A DNA stretch of 58,085 nucleotides, taken from an uncultured Candidatus Saccharibacteria bacterium (lineage in GTDB: Bacteria; Patescibacteriota; Minisyncoccia; Phycocordibacterales; WO2-35-19). Under the pieces are notes generated by a model that ran no database searches, had not been told where the DNA came from, and saw only the letters and a list, made by a program, of their open reading frames with translations. Within the stretch, counting starts at the first letter, position 1, and each line of letters opens with the position of its first letter. A program made the translations under genes and the position numbers. Location of the stretch: positions 1 through 58,085 of the forward strand of contig CAZJPJ010000001.1 in assembly GCA_964548205.1 (NCBI GenBank), read 5' to 3'. Shown here piece after piece: positions 17,721 to 27,592 of the stretch.

Positions 17721-19019
17721 TTGTATGCTATTATTGGTTTTATGCAGAAGCAGAGGAAGAATTTTGAGGAGCTTTTGGTATCGATAAAAGTCGGGTTTTT
17801 TTTGGCTGTGAGACAGATAAAGCGCTCGAGTAAAGCGACAACACTTCTTATCATCTTTGTGATGATGCTCACTTTTCTCAATCTTGTAGTAGTCCGAGGA
17901 GTGCTCGTGGGGCTCATAGAAGGTTCGATAAAGGTATATAGAGAATTTTCGACCGGAGAAGTTTTTGTCTCAAATTTGCCAAAGAAAAATTATATTGAAA
18001 ACAGTCCACGTATTGTCGAGACTATAAAAAACATGCCTTGGGTGGTAGCATATTCTCCACGTTATATAGAATCGGGGACGATAGAGGCTGATTATAAATC
18101 GCGCATCAGGTTGACTGATGATCCTAACAGTACCGCTGGGGCAATAGCTGGTATAGACCCAGATCTTGAAGAGTCGACTACAAACCTTTCAAAAAAAATA
18201 GTCGAGGGTACTTTCTTAAATAGCAACGATACTGACTATGTGGTACTTGGTTCAAGCTTGCTCAAAAAATACGTACCAGTAGAGTCCTCAAGTTTTTCTT
18301 TTTTGGAAAATGTCGAACCAGGCACAAGAGTCAGGTTGACAGTCGGCGGCAACACTCGTGAGTTTACAGTCAAAGGGGTGATCCAGTCTAAAGCTGATGA
18401 AGTAGATTTTAGAGCTTATATATTAGACACTGTTATGCGCAACATGATAGGTAGGACAGACTACAATGTAGATGAAGTGGCCATACGTATAGACCCTCTT
18501 GCTGATCCAAATGTAGTAAAGCAAGCACTCATAGATGCTGGAGCGGGGCAGACAGCTAGGGTCCAGACTGCAGAAGATGCGCTACCAAAATTTGTCATCG
18601 ATATAAAAAATACTTTTGCTATACTTGGCAATGTAGTCGGTTCGATTGGGCTTGTGGTGGCCTCTATCACTATATTTATCGTTATTTTTGTTAACGCCAT
18701 TACACGTAAAAAATATATCGGCATTCTCAAGGGTATAGGTATAAATTCTAGGGCCATAGAGATAGCTTATGTACTCCAGTCTCTTTTCTACGCTCTTGCA
18801 GGTATCGGGGTAGGACTTTTGTTGCTTTATGGGTTTATGGTGCCGTTTATAGAAGAGCATCCTATCAAGTTTCCATTTAGCGATGGCATACTTGTGGCTG
18901 AAGTAAGTGCTACAGCTCTAAGAGTTCTCTTACTTATGCTTGCTACACTCATCGCTGGCTATATCCCAGCTCGGATAGTGGTAAAGCGTAACACTCTTGA
19001 TTCTATCTTAGGCCGATAG
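17721..19019 (+). CDS. ABC transporter permease, FtsX/MacB family
   Basis: One TM, large extracytoplasmic domain, three TM; RKKYIGILKGIG motif; start may be ATG 17742. Confidence 0.85.
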   Translation: MYAIIGFMQKQRKNFEELLVSIKVGFFLAVRQIKRSSKATTLLIIFVMMLTFLNLVVVRGVLVGLIEGSIKVYREFSTGEVFVSNLPKKNYIENSPRIVETIKNMPWVVAYSPRYIESGTIEADYKSRIRLTDDPNSTAGAIAGIDPDLEESTTNLSKKIVEGTFLNSNDTDYVVLGSSLLKKYVPVESSSFSFLENVEPGTRVRLTVGGNTREFTVKGVIQSKADEVDFRAYILDTVMRNMIGRTDYNVDEVAIRIDPLADPNVVKQALIDAGAGQTARVQTAEDALPKFVIDIKNTFAILGNVVGSIGLVVASITIFIVIFVNAITRKKYIGILKGIGINSRAIEIAYVLQSLFYALAGIGVGLLLLYGFMVPFIEEHPIKFPFSDGILVAEVSATALRVLLLMLATLIAGYIPARIVVKRNTLDSILGR

Positions 19020-19043
19020 GGGTATAATGTAATTTTAAATCTT

Positions 19044-19736
19044 ATGATTGAGGTAAAAAATCTGACAAAATCATTTAAAAGTGGAGAAAGTGAACTTGTA
19101 GTCTTAAACAACATATCTTTTGGTGTAAAGAATGGCGAGTTTCTATCTATAGTCGGTCGTTCTGGAAGTGGCAAGTCCACCATGCTCTATCAGCTAGGAC
19201 TGCTCGATAGTCCAAATTCTGGACAGATAATAATCTCCGGTACTGATACTAGTACGCTAAGCAACGATGAGCGTACTAGATTTAGGTTGAATGAACTCGG
19301 GTATGTATTTCAGGATTATGCTCTGGTCCCAGAACTTACAGCTATAGAAAATGTGGCTGCTCCACTCTTGATGCAGGGGTTATCTACAGAAGAGGCCAAC
19401 AAGAAAGCTGTGGTGGCGCTTCATCGTATTGGTCTAGGTGCTCGTACTGAAAATCTTCCAAACCAGCTTTCAGGCGGCGAGCAGCAGCGGGTATCTATAG
19501 CTAGAGCTTTGGCTCACGGCCCCCAGATTGTTTTTGCAGATGAGCCGACGGCAAATCTCGATTCAGAAACTGCAGATGTGGTGATGAATACTTTTGTAGA
19601 TCTGCACAAGCAAGGCCAAACTATCATTATGGTCACTCACGAACCAGAATATGCAGTACTCTCAGAGCGCTCTATAAAACTTGGTGATGGCAAGATTTTG
19701 GCTGACGGTAAACCTCGGGACGTTTTAAACCAATAG
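19044..19736 (+). CDS. ABC transporter ATP-binding protein (LolD/MacB-like)
   Basis: GRSGSGKS, LSGGEQQRVSIARAL, ADEPTANLD, VTH. Confidence 0.93.
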   Translation: MIEVKNLTKSFKSGESELVVLNNISFGVKNGEFLSIVGRSGSGKSTMLYQLGLLDSPNSGQIIISGTDTSTLSNDERTRFRLNELGYVFQDYALVPELTAIENVAAPLLMQGLSTEEANKKAVVALHRIGLGARTENLPNQLSGGEQQRVSIARALAHGPQIVFADEPTANLDSETADVVMNTFVDLHKQGQTIIMVTHEPEYAVLSERSIKLGDGKILADGKPRDVLNQ

Positions 19737-19754
19737 TGCTATAATCACGATACA

Positions 19755-21236
19755 ATGCAAAGAATAAAAATTTTTATAAAAGCAAAAAAATATTATTTGG
19801 TGTTGGTTGCTGTACTAGCTTTGCTGGTGTCAAATTTTGTGGGGGGAGGGGAGAAGAAGCAACTATATACGGTCTCGCGTATGGACATCACGGAGGAGGT
19901 TGCTGCTACAGGTAAAGTCAAGGCACGTGAAGAAGTTTCACTCGGTTTTAATGCGAGCGGTAGGGTCTCAGGAGTGTATTTTCAGATCGGGGATAAGGTA
20001 GAGAAAGGCAAGGTGATAGCAAAGCTAGACACCTCTGCGCTCGAGGCCGATCTTTTGAAGGCAAAATCTGCTCTTGATAAGGAGATAGCGCTGCTTCAAA
20101 GTGAGAATAGTGTTGCTCCTGTTACTTATGAAAATGCGGTAAACAATCTTATTACTAGCATATCCAAATCTTGGGATAGCGCAGACAATGCTATAAGAAA
20201 CAAAGCGGATCAATTTTTCAAGAATCCGAGCGAAAACCCAAGGTTTGAAGTCAAGATAGAAGATGGTAATTATATTCAGTATTTTAACGTAGATACAGCA
20301 ACTGCTCTCGAAGTAAACAATATGCGTAGTCAGGTAGAAAAAATATTGAATCATTGGCAAAACAAAACTTTCGATACTTCTTCACGTGCTTCTTTGATAG
20401 TAGAAGCTGACAAAGCGATCAGTGACTTGAGATTGGTCTCAACTTTCTTGACCAAAGTCGCTCAACTTGTGAATTCCTTTATACCGTCTGATTATGACTA
20501 TGAATCGACCGTAAATGGCTACAAAACCTTGATAGGAGGTGCAAGAAACGATGTTTCAATAGCACTTTCAGATATAGTGACGGCCAAAGACAAGTTGAAT
20601 AATTCTCCACTTTCTTCTGATAACACATTTGTCGAGATAGAGGTGCAACAATCCGAGGTGGCCCAAGCTCGCTCTGAGGTTAGGCGTATCGAGTCGCAGA
20701 TAGAAGATAGGGCGATAAGGGCTCCCTTTTCTGGTATTGTTACCATACAAGATGCAAAGGTGGGTTCTTCGATCTCTGGTGGGGAAATGATGATACAACT
20801 ACTGAGCGACAGTTCTCTTTATGTAGAGGCAAATATTTCAGAGATAAATATTGGAAAGTTACAAGAGGGGGATGTGGTGAAGGTTGATTTCGACGCTTTT
20901 CCGGGAGAAGAATATTTGGGAGAAATATTTTATATAGAGCCGGGGGCAGTTATTGTAGATGGAGTTGTAAACTACAAAATTCAGATTGAACTTTATGAGA
21001 TAGATGAAAAAATTAAATCTGGTCTGACTACAAATATAAAGATAATAACCGCAGAAGAGAAGAATGTGCTTGCTGTTCCTATATATGCCTTACAAAAAAA
21101 TGGTGATAAGAGTACCGCTAGTAAAGTGGAAGACAAAGAAAGGGTAGTGACAAATGTAGAACTTGGCAAGTCAGGCAATTCTGGTTTTGTAGAAGTGGTA
21201 TCTGGATTAGAAGAAGGAGATGTTATAGAGTTTTAG
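19755..21236 (+). CDS. Periplasmic adaptor (MacA/HlyD family)
   Basis: N-terminal anchor, lipoyl half-motifs (GRVSGVY...GDKVEKG; IRAPFSGIV), long coiled coil, GLEEGD end. Confidence 0.88.
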   Translation: MQRIKIFIKAKKYYLVLVAVLALLVSNFVGGGEKKQLYTVSRMDITEEVAATGKVKAREEVSLGFNASGRVSGVYFQIGDKVEKGKVIAKLDTSALEADLLKAKSALDKEIALLQSENSVAPVTYENAVNNLITSISKSWDSADNAIRNKADQFFKNPSENPRFEVKIEDGNYIQYFNVDTATALEVNNMRSQVEKILNHWQNKTFDTSSRASLIVEADKAISDLRLVSTFLTKVAQLVNSFIPSDYDYESTVNGYKTLIGGARNDVSIALSDIVTAKDKLNNSPLSSDNTFVEIEVQQSEVAQARSEVRRIESQIEDRAIRAPFSGIVTIQDAKVGSSISGGEMMIQLLSDSSLYVEANISEINIGKLQEGDVVKVDFDAFPGEEYLGEIFYIEPGAVIVDGVVNYKIQIELYEIDEKIKSGLTTNIKIITAEEKNVLAVPIYALQKNGDKSTASKVEDKERVVTNVELGKSGNSGFVEVVSGLEEGDVIEF

Positions 21237-21264
21237 TTTATAGATAATCAAGAATCTAAAAAGG

Positions 21265-22422
21265 ATGGAAAGTGAACTTTTAACGAGGGGAGTGTCTGAG
21301 ATAATAGATAAAAACTCGCTTCAAGAAAAATTGAAAAGTGGAAAGAAGTTGCGAGTCAAGCTTGGCATAGATCCGACAAGTCCAGATTTGCATCTCGGGA
21401 GATCTATACCACTGTTAAAATTACAGGATTTCCAAAAAGAGGGGCACAAAATTATTTTTATCGTTGGAGATTTTACTGGTGTGATAGGGGATACTAGCGA
21501 CAAAGACAGCGAAAGGCCAATGCTAGATAGGGATACTATAAAGAAAAATTTAGATACTTATGTATCTCAAGCAAGCAAGATAATAGATATAGAAAATGCT
21601 GAGATACATTATAACAGTGAATGGCTTGAGAAACTTGGATATGAGGAAATAGGGAAGCAGGCTAACGTTTTCTCATTGAGTGATTTTATCGACAGAGAAA
21701 ATATAAAAAAAAGATTGGATGGCGGGAAAAGAGTTTCTTTGCGAGAAGTGCTCTATCCTCTAATGCAAGGGTATGATAGTGTAGCAATAAAAGCTGACAT
21801 AGAACTCGGTGGAACTGATCAGCGTTTCAATCTGCTTGCCGGAAGAGATATGCAGAAGATGTATGGTCAAGAGCCTCAAGATATAATAATGGGACCCCTT
21901 TTGGAAGGTGTAGATGGTAGAAAGATGAGCTCTAGTTTCGGTAACACTATAAACTTAAACGATGCTCCAAATGATATGTATGGCAAGGTTATGGGAGTAT
22001 CAGATGATCTCATAATAAAATATTTCACTCTCGTTACTAGGGTTCCTCTAAGAGAGATTTCTAAATTAGATGAAGATTTGAAAGGTGGTAAAAATCCTCG
22101 AGATATAAAGATGATCCTTGCAAAAACTATCACAAGGATGTATCACTCTGCTGAGGCTGCAGATAGTGCAGAGAAATACTTCATTGACACCTTTTCGCTC
22201 GGTAAAATCCCAGAGAGGGTAGAGGAGCTCAGTCCAAAAAGTTTTCTACTACTAGATATTCTTGTAGAATCAGGATTGGCATCTTCAAAATCTGAAGCTA
22301 GGCGTCTAGTAGGGCAGGGGGGGGTAAAGGTGGATAGCGAGGTGGTCCAAGACATAGATATGGAGGTGAAAAGTGGGTCTTTGGTACAGAAAGGCAAGGC
22401 AGGATTTCTAAAAATCGTATAA
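21265..22422 (+). CDS. tyrS: Tyrosine--tRNA ligase
   Basis: GIDPTSPDLHLG, YPLMQGYD, GGTDQRFN, KMSSS, C-terminal S4 domain. Confidence 0.97.
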   Translation: MESELLTRGVSEIIDKNSLQEKLKSGKKLRVKLGIDPTSPDLHLGRSIPLLKLQDFQKEGHKIIFIVGDFTGVIGDTSDKDSERPMLDRDTIKKNLDTYVSQASKIIDIENAEIHYNSEWLEKLGYEEIGKQANVFSLSDFIDRENIKKRLDGGKRVSLREVLYPLMQGYDSVAIKADIELGGTDQRFNLLAGRDMQKMYGQEPQDIIMGPLLEGVDGRKMSSSFGNTINLNDAPNDMYGKVMGVSDDLIIKYFTLVTRVPLREISKLDEDLKGGKNPRDIKMILAKTITRMYHSAEAADSAEKYFIDTFSLGKIPERVEELSPKSFLLLDILVESGLASSKSEARRLVGQGGVKVDSEVVQDIDMEVKSGSLVQKGKAGFLKIV

Positions 22423-22493
22423 AACTATATTTTTAGCCATTTTTATGGTATAGTTTCGGGTCATTTTAGATATATTTATTACATCATTATACC

Positions 22494-22525
22494 ACTTGAC
22501 AAATAAGTGTCAAGTATGCTATAAT
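22494..22525 (+). promoter_or_regulatory. Promoter with an inverted-repeat operator over the -35 box
   Basis: TTGACA 22496-22501, TGn-TATAAT 22517-22525; ACTTGACA-aataag-TGTCAAGT inverted repeat. Confidence 0.6.
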
Positions 22526-22532
22526 ATAGGTA

Positions 22533-22714
22533 TTCCAGTAGAAAGCTGGAATTTTGTTTTATAGGGATATTAAAGTCCTAAGAACAAAAAGGCAACCTCA
22601 TTGACAGGGCAATATATATGCTTATTAAGTCGCATATTGTCCCAATTGCCATATGAGTGCCCCGACCTCTTATGTATAAGGAAAGTTTGGGGAAAGTTCC
22701 CAAGATCATAAGAG
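22533..22714 (+). ncRNA. Candidate structured 5' leader RNA
   Basis: Four consecutive hairpins between the promoter and the transglycosylase-like gene. Confidence 0.35.
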
Positions 22715-22769
22715 TAACGGATTATACTTAAACAATCGGCTTATTTTTAGTGGTACTGCGCTTGGGTTA

Positions 22770-23234
22770 ATGATCTTAGCATCAAGTATTGCACCAGCTG
22801 TATCAAACAGCGCAAACGAAACAAAAGTTCCTTTACAGCAAATTCCAAAGATAGAAGTTGTAGAGCTTGGATTTGAGATAATCGATTCGAAGCGAAACAT
22901 ATCAGCACAAGACTACGTAGCGAACTATTTCTCAGACATACCGGTGATGATCGAAGTTGCAAAGTGTGAATCACGCTTTAGGCAACACGACAAAGACGGG
23001 TCAGTCCTTAGGGGTATTGTAAATAGCTCTGACGTGGGAGTCATGCAGATAAATGAATACTACCACTTGAAAGACGCAAAGGCGTTGGGCTATGATCTCC
23101 ATTCGATCGAAGGGAATACTGCATATGCAAGGTATCTCTTTGAAAAGAAGGGGCTCTCTCCTTGGGTGCATTCGTCACCATGCTGGAAGAAGACTACTGC
23201 TTATAGCAACTATCAAGAATTGGCTTTAAAGTAA
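22770..23234 (+). CDS. Lysozyme-like/lytic transglycosylase SLT-domain protein
   Basis: VAKCESRFRQ (putative catalytic Glu), DVGVMQIN, GLSPW. Confidence 0.8.
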   Translation: MILASSIAPAVSNSANETKVPLQQIPKIEVVELGFEIIDSKRNISAQDYVANYFSDIPVMIEVAKCESRFRQHDKDGSVLRGIVNSSDVGVMQINEYYHLKDAKALGYDLHSIEGNTAYARYLFEKKGLSPWVHSSPCWKKTTAYSNYQELALK

Positions 23235-23270
23235 AACTAATAATCTCTATGGTTTATCTGTAGGGAAGTA

Positions 23271-23313
23271 AGACAAAGAACCCCGCGGTCTAGGACCGCG
23301 GGGTTCTTTGTCT
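23271..23313. terminator. Bidirectional terminator, 20-bp perfect stem
   Basis: AGACAAAGAACCCCGCGGTC-TAG-GACCGCGGGGTTCTTTGTCT. Confidence 0.8.
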
Positions 23314-23442
23314 GCCTTTATAACGTCCCACAATATATCTTTGTAGTACTAACTCTATATACAAAAAGGAGCCTCTCTTTGGCTCTTCTTTGCAAGGTCT
23401 TCCCTGCCGAATAATTTTTATTTTTGGTTATATATTTTTTTA

Positions 23443-23703
23443 TTAATTCTTTATCGCGTTCCAACCTTTGACCGCCCATTCCTTTATTATGGATATTAGT
23501 TTTAATATTATCTCTTTATATTCTGACCAACCTTTTTGGCCAAGTTCGTAAAATTTGTCTAGGAGCTCCTTAAATTTGCCTCTGGTCAAAAAATCTATAA
23601 CATCTAGGTCGTAGGCATATTTAAGTAGAACCAAGACCGCAACAATAATAAGAGTTATTTTGATGAATCCCCCATTCTTCAAATTTTTTTTTGGCATCAA
23701 CAT
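23443..23703 (-). CDS. Small membrane-anchored hypothetical protein
   Basis: 86 aa; basic N-terminus with GGF, TM helix, amphipathic tail. Confidence 0.65.
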   Translation of the reverse strand: MLMPKKNLKNGGFIKITLIIVAVLVLLKYAYDLDVIDFLTRGKFKELLDKFYELGQKGWSEYKEIILKLISIIKEWAVKGWNAIKN

Positions 23704-23720
23704 AATTTTATTTTTTTAAA

Positions 23721-25055
23721 TTATTCTGATTTATTGAAGTACGGTATCGGATCAAGATATGCAGATTTGTCAGCTATAGGTATCGAAACATTTTTACAGT
23801 TCTTGCTAAAACTATATTTTTCTACAGAAACTCCTTGAGTGGCATAAAGTGTAAGGTGCAAATGTGGACCAGTAGCATAACCGGTTTGGCCACTATAACC
23901 AATTATCGAACCAGCATTTACTTCTTGGTTTGCCACTACTTTTATAAGGTCTAGGTGAGCATATAGACTGGATAGGCCATTTAGGTGCTCTATGAGTACC
24001 CATTTACCATACGAATAGCATCCTTTTTGGCTATCAGTATTTCCGACAGCTTTTATAAAACCATCAGAAATAGATTTTACAGGTGTGCCGCGTGAGGCTC
24101 GAAAATCGACGCCATTGTGACTACCGGACGCGTATAGACGCTTAGAATCGCTTGTAATACCGAACGGTTGAGTTATGGTTATGTTATCTAGAGGCCAGAC
24201 AAATATTCCCTCTTTTGCTTTTTGATAGCTGCTCGGGTCTACTATACGTTTAAGTTGAGATTCGTATTCGAATAGTTGCTTTTCGAACTCTTCTTTTTGG
24301 CGTTGTTTTTCTTGGACAATAGCCTTATATGCAGCCTCTTGGCTCTTTGTAGTGACAAGTAAAGAATCCTTTTCTTTTTTATTATTATCAAGGATAACTT
24401 TTTTGTCACCGAGTTCTTCCTTTAAGGAAACCAATTTTAATTTTTCAGTTTCTTTGCTGGTTTTCTTCACCTCAACTTCGGATTTCTGACTAGTTAAGAG
24501 TACAGCTTGTTTGCTGATTTTTTCTTGGATGTCTATGTTGCTTTTGTAAGTGTCAAATATTTCTGCCAAGCTTTTATTTGCAAGCATCTTTTCTATCATA
24601 GATATACCGTCTTCTTGTTGTAAATCTCGTATGATGAGAGCCACAGCTTCTTTGCTGTTTCTTATTTTTTGTTCCAGACTGATGATTTCTGTATTTAGTT
24701 CACCTATATTTTTATTTGTTTTGTTTATGCTTAATTCTGCTTTATTTATTTCTGTACTGATCTTTTTCTGATTTATGTCTAAAGTCTTAATTGTATTCTC
24801 AAGGCTCTTTGCTTCTGTTTGCTTTTCTGAGATTTGTTTCTCAAATATTTTTATCTCTTCATCTAGTTGTTTTATTTTCTCGCCATGGTCATCAATTTTT
24901 CCTTTTAGCTCATTTTCTGATTGGGCTTGCACAAGGGTTGTCATCACTAAAAAAACAAATATTGAGATTGCAGATGTAAGTTTGACTAGTATTTCATTGT
25001 TTTTTTGAACATTCATTCTTAGTTTTTTCATCATTTTTTCAAAGCATTGATTCAA
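23721..25055 (-). CDS. Coiled-coil M23 peptidase (EnvC/murein hydrolase activator-like)
   Basis: Long coiled coil then HNGVD, YAHL and TGPHLH M23 motifs; true start may be a downstream ATG. Confidence 0.88.
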   Translation of the reverse strand: MNQCFEKMMKKLRMNVQKNNEILVKLTSAISIFVFLVMTTLVQAQSENELKGKIDDHGEKIKQLDEEIKIFEKQISEKQTEAKSLENTIKTLDINQKKISTEINKAELSINKTNKNIGELNTEIISLEQKIRNSKEAVALIIRDLQQEDGISMIEKMLANKSLAEIFDTYKSNIDIQEKISKQAVLLTSQKSEVEVKKTSKETEKLKLVSLKEELGDKKVILDNNKKEKDSLLVTTKSQEAAYKAIVQEKQRQKEEFEKQLFEYESQLKRIVDPSSYQKAKEGIFVWPLDNITITQPFGITSDSKRLYASGSHNGVDFRASRGTPVKSISDGFIKAVGNTDSQKGCYSYGKWVLIEHLNGLSSLYAHLDLIKVVANQEVNAGSIIGYSGQTGYATGPHLHLTLYATQGVSVEKYSFSKNCKNVSIPIADKSAYLDPIPYFNKSE

Positions 25056-26370
25056 GTCTTGATCTACTCTCTTTTATACCCAAAAGTGAAATAAGGGTAA
25101 ACGGGTCTGGGGATTTTTCTTTGCCTGATAGGGAATAGCGCAATGGCCATAGCACTTCCCCCTTCCCTTCCCTTTCTGCAAGTTGCATAATATGTTTTTT
25201 TAGTTTTTCTTCATCTTGCTCTTCTTCCATAATACTTAATACATGCCCCATAATACTTACCGCTTCTTCCTTGCTCTGCCCTTTCCATCCAAGCTTGTCT
25301 TTATCGACTCGCGGGGCTTCAAATATGTAATCGTACTCGCCGCTATCGAGCCACTCCCCTACCTCATTCCACCTATGAATTCGCTCCAAAACTAAGTCTA
25401 AAAATTTGTCGAAAAAATCTTGATCTTCAAACTTTTGATTCTGACTCCATTTTGACTTTATAACTTGCAACTTGAGACTTGCAACTTGAGACTCTCTTGA
25501 GTCTCTAAGAATATGTTCACGGTTGAACCAGTCGAGTTTTTCTATATTGAATATCCCTCCCTTCTTTTGGACTTTGCTTAGATCAAATATTTTGACTAAT
25601 TCTTCCAATCTGAAGACTTCTTCGTCGGTACCAGGGTTCCAGCCTATCATAGCAAGGAAATTTATTACGGCTTCTGGTTCGTAACCTCTGTCTCTATAAT
25701 ATTTTAAAGAAACAGTTTCCCCATGTTTTCTTTTTGATAATTTTGATTTATCCTCGGCCAAAACAAGGGGTAAATGTGCGTAAATTGGTCTATCTGCGCC
25801 AAGAGCTTCTAGGATGAGGATCTGTCGAGGAGTATTCGATATATGGTCATCACCTCTTATTATATGAGTGATGCCGCTCTCTGCGTCGTCAATACAAACA
25901 GCCAAGTGATATAGCGGGTCGTCCACATTTCGAGCAATAATAAAATCACCAAGGTCGCTTACGTCTATCTCTATTTCACCACGGATAAGATCAGTAAACT
26001 TTATTTTCCCGCCTGGATTGTGGAAACGAACTACTTCTTTGTTTTCTCCGGTTTGTTCTTGTGATATATAAGCCGAGCCGTTTTTAAGAAGCTCCTGAAT
26101 TTTATTTTTATAAACTTCCAGTCTTTCTGATGAGCGCCAGACAGCACCATGGTTGTCATAATCAAGTCCGAGCCACTCGATACTTTTGTATATCTCTTCT
26201 TCATATTCCTTGCTGGATCTTTCCTTATCTGTATCCTCAATACGCAGGATCATTTTGCCGCCATTTTTGCGAGCAAAAAGATAGTTGTATATCAAAGTTC
26301 TGACGTTACCCATCTGCAAAAGGCCTGTGGGGCTTGGGGGGAAACGGACTATAACCATATCTTTATCCAT
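25039..26370 (-). CDS. gltX: Glutamate--tRNA ligase
   Basis: VRFPPSPTG, LRIEDTD, IIRGDDH, KLSKR, IGWNP. Confidence 0.95.
   Translation of the reverse strand: MDKDMVIVRFPPSPTGLLQMGNVRTLIYNYLFARKNGGKMILRIEDTDKERSSKEYEEEIYKSIEWLGLDYDNHGAVWRSSERLEVYKNKIQELLKNGSAYISQEQTGENKEVVRFHNPGGKIKFTDLIRGEIEIDVSDLGDFIIARNVDDPLYHLAVCIDDAESGITHIIRGDDHISNTPRQILILEALGADRPIYAHLPLVLAEDKSKLSKRKHGETVSLKYYRDRGYEPEAVINFLAMIGWNPGTDEEVFRLEELVKIFDLSKVQKKGGIFNIEKLDWFNREHILRDSRESQVASLKLQVIKSKWSQNQKFEDQDFFDKFLDLVLERIHRWNEVGEWLDSGEYDYIFEAPRVDKDKLGWKGQSKEEAVSIMGHVLSIMEEEQDEEKLKKHIMQLAEREGKGEVLWPLRYSLSGKEKSPDPFTLISLLGIKESRSRLESML
25453..25495. repeat. Heptamer tandem repeat inside gltX
   Basis: taacttg caacttg agacttg caacttg agactct (period 7); encodes ESQVASLKLQVIK on the minus strand. 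Confidence 0.7.
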
Positions 26371-26400
26371 AAGGTTATTTTAACAGATTTGGGAGGCCGT

Positions 26401-26447
26401 ATCACCCCCCAACCCCCTCTTAAGGTGAGAGGTGGTTGGGGGGTGAT
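26401..26447. repeat. CCCCCCAACCCC-type palindromic repeat, intergenic
   Basis: ATCACCCCCCAACC and GGTTGGGGGGTGAT, 14-bp perfect arms. Confidence 0.7.
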
Positions 26448-26452
26448 TACTT

Positions 26453-27586
26453 TTACGTTAGCTTTTCGTGGCCGAGGGCGATCGAGAGTAGCTCTTCGGC
26501 TATTTTGTCTGCAGCCCCGGGTTTGTAGAATTCTTTGGTCCTTTCGCTCATAGACTTATTTATATCACTATTGCTTACGATTCTGTTTATTTCTGCTGTG
26601 AATATGTGTGGCTTTAGATTTTCTTCTTTTATGACACTTGCACACCCCAAACTCGCATATGCGAAAGCGTTCTTTATCTGATGGTCTCCATTTGAATCCG
26701 TGATTGGTATGATGATAGAAGGCTTCTGCCAAGCCGCTATCTCAAAGATTGTAGAACCAGCTCTACTGACTACTAGGTTTGATGCCCCACTTGCCATACT
26801 TATCTCAAGACTGTTCATGTATCCATAAGGTTTGTACCTGTCTCGAAGGGGGTTTTCTAAGAGTATTGCATCTACTGACTCTTTAATCACCTCAAGATTT
26901 TTGGAACCAACTTGGTGGATGATCTGGTAGTCTTTGATTAGTTCTGGTAGCGAATCAAGGATAATATTGTTTATAACTTCGGCTCCTTGGGAGCCCCCTA
27001 TGATGAATATGGTAGGAATACTTGGCTCAAATTCGAAAAACTCATGCGCTCCTTCGGTAATAGGTTGTACTTTATCTGAAAGAATTGGCTGTCCAGTATA
27101 AGCTATTTTATCTGGATCAAAGTATTGGGCCGCCTCTTTGTAGGATACGGCAATCCTTGTTGCAAATTTGCCAGCCCAACGGTTTGCTCTACCTGGGACA
27201 CTGTCTGACTCATGTACCACTACCGGTATTCTTAATAGTCGAGCGGCAAATAATGTCGGAAAACTTGCATAGCCGCCTTTACCAAACACTACATCTGGAT
27301 ATATATCGAATAGGTCGAAAGTGGCACTGAGTACGCCCCACATAGTTTTGAAAATATCAGTGAAATTTAGTAGCGAAAAATATCTACGCATTTTACCTGC
27401 ACTGACTTTCATGTATTTTATCTCGTGATCATAAAGTATCCCTTCGTTGTAAGGGTTGTTTGAGAAGAAGTACATCTTTGGAGGTATTACTTTGTTTGCC
27501 TTGCAGAGTTTTCTTACACTGTCTGCAATAGCAATACACGAATAGAAGTGACCACCAGACCCTCCTCCTGTAAAAACAATTTTCAT
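26453..27586 (-). CDS. murG: Lipid I GlcNAc transferase MurG
   Basis: TGGGSGGH, GKGGYASFP, VHESDSVPG, GGSQGA, VSRAGST. Confidence 0.96.
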   Translation of the reverse strand: MKIVFTGGGSGGHFYSCIAIADSVRKLCKANKVIPPKMYFFSNNPYNEGILYDHEIKYMKVSAGKMRRYFSLLNFTDIFKTMWGVLSATFDLFDIYPDVVFGKGGYASFPTLFAARLLRIPVVVHESDSVPGRANRWAGKFATRIAVSYKEAAQYFDPDKIAYTGQPILSDKVQPITEGAHEFFEFEPSIPTIFIIGGSQGAEVINNIILDSLPELIKDYQIIHQVGSKNLEVIKESVDAILLENPLRDRYKPYGYMNSLEISMASGASNLVVSRAGSTIFEIAAWQKPSIIIPITDSNGDHQIKNAFAYASLGCASVIKEENLKPHIFTAEINRIVSNSDINKSMSERTKEFYKPGAADKIAEELLSIALGHEKLT

Positions 27587-27592
27587 CCCTTT

